Part shown: positions 32,602 through 32,658 of the stretch, one piece after another
Layout of the letters: every line of letters starts with the position of its first letter
Position numbering within the stretch: position 1 is the first letter of the stretch
DNA from: Octopus bimaculoides
Lineage: Eukaryota
Assembly (NCBI RefSeq): GCF_001194135.2
Contig: NC_068989.1
Location: 41,903,549 to 41,936,206, forward strand
DNA length: 32,658 nt
Reading direction: 5' to 3'
The notes under the pieces: model-generated
Told to the model about the DNA's origin: nothing
Seen by the model: only the letters and a program-made list of their open reading frames with translations
Database searches by the model: none
Position numbers and translations under genes: made by a program

Positions 32602-32658
32602 ATTAGACTCTGGGGGGCGATTAGACTCTGGGGGGCGATTAGACTCTGGGGGCGATTA
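32602..32658. repeat. 18-bp G-rich minisatellite running off the window end
   Basis: ATTAGACTCTGGGGGGCG x2, a 17-bp unit with five G, then ATTA. Confidence 0.92.

Overview
Eukaryotic, repeat-dominated window with no recognisable host gene exon. About 4.1 kb is N, in seven scaffold gaps. The tRNA-derived SINE families and very dense (CA)/(TA)/(GTAT)/(CTAT) microsatellites look like an octopod cephalopod genome (inference from recall, not a database result). The rest is decayed mobile DNA: two Tx1/L1 fragments, two RTE LINEs (one with an inverted 5' segment), a Penelope-like RT/GIY-YIG element, a Helitron with both termini, a mariner fragment, an internally deleted Buster/Charlie hAT, several MITEs and at least eight SINE copies. 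The main observations are: (1) a 421-bp MITE with 89-bp TIRs, an 8-bp TSD and Merlin-like termini, whose interior is a head-to-head (TTAGGG)n/(CCCTAA)n array around a 12-bp palindrome; (2) a complete 2.74-kb TIR/TSD-bounded hAT whose transposase resembles the type I associate with oomycetes; (3) three degenerate hammerhead-ribozyme-like motifs; (4) an Illumina adapter remnant with a false 139-bp duplication across a 10-N gap. All translations and alignments were done by eye. Most ORF-track entries are microsatellite or gap artefacts.
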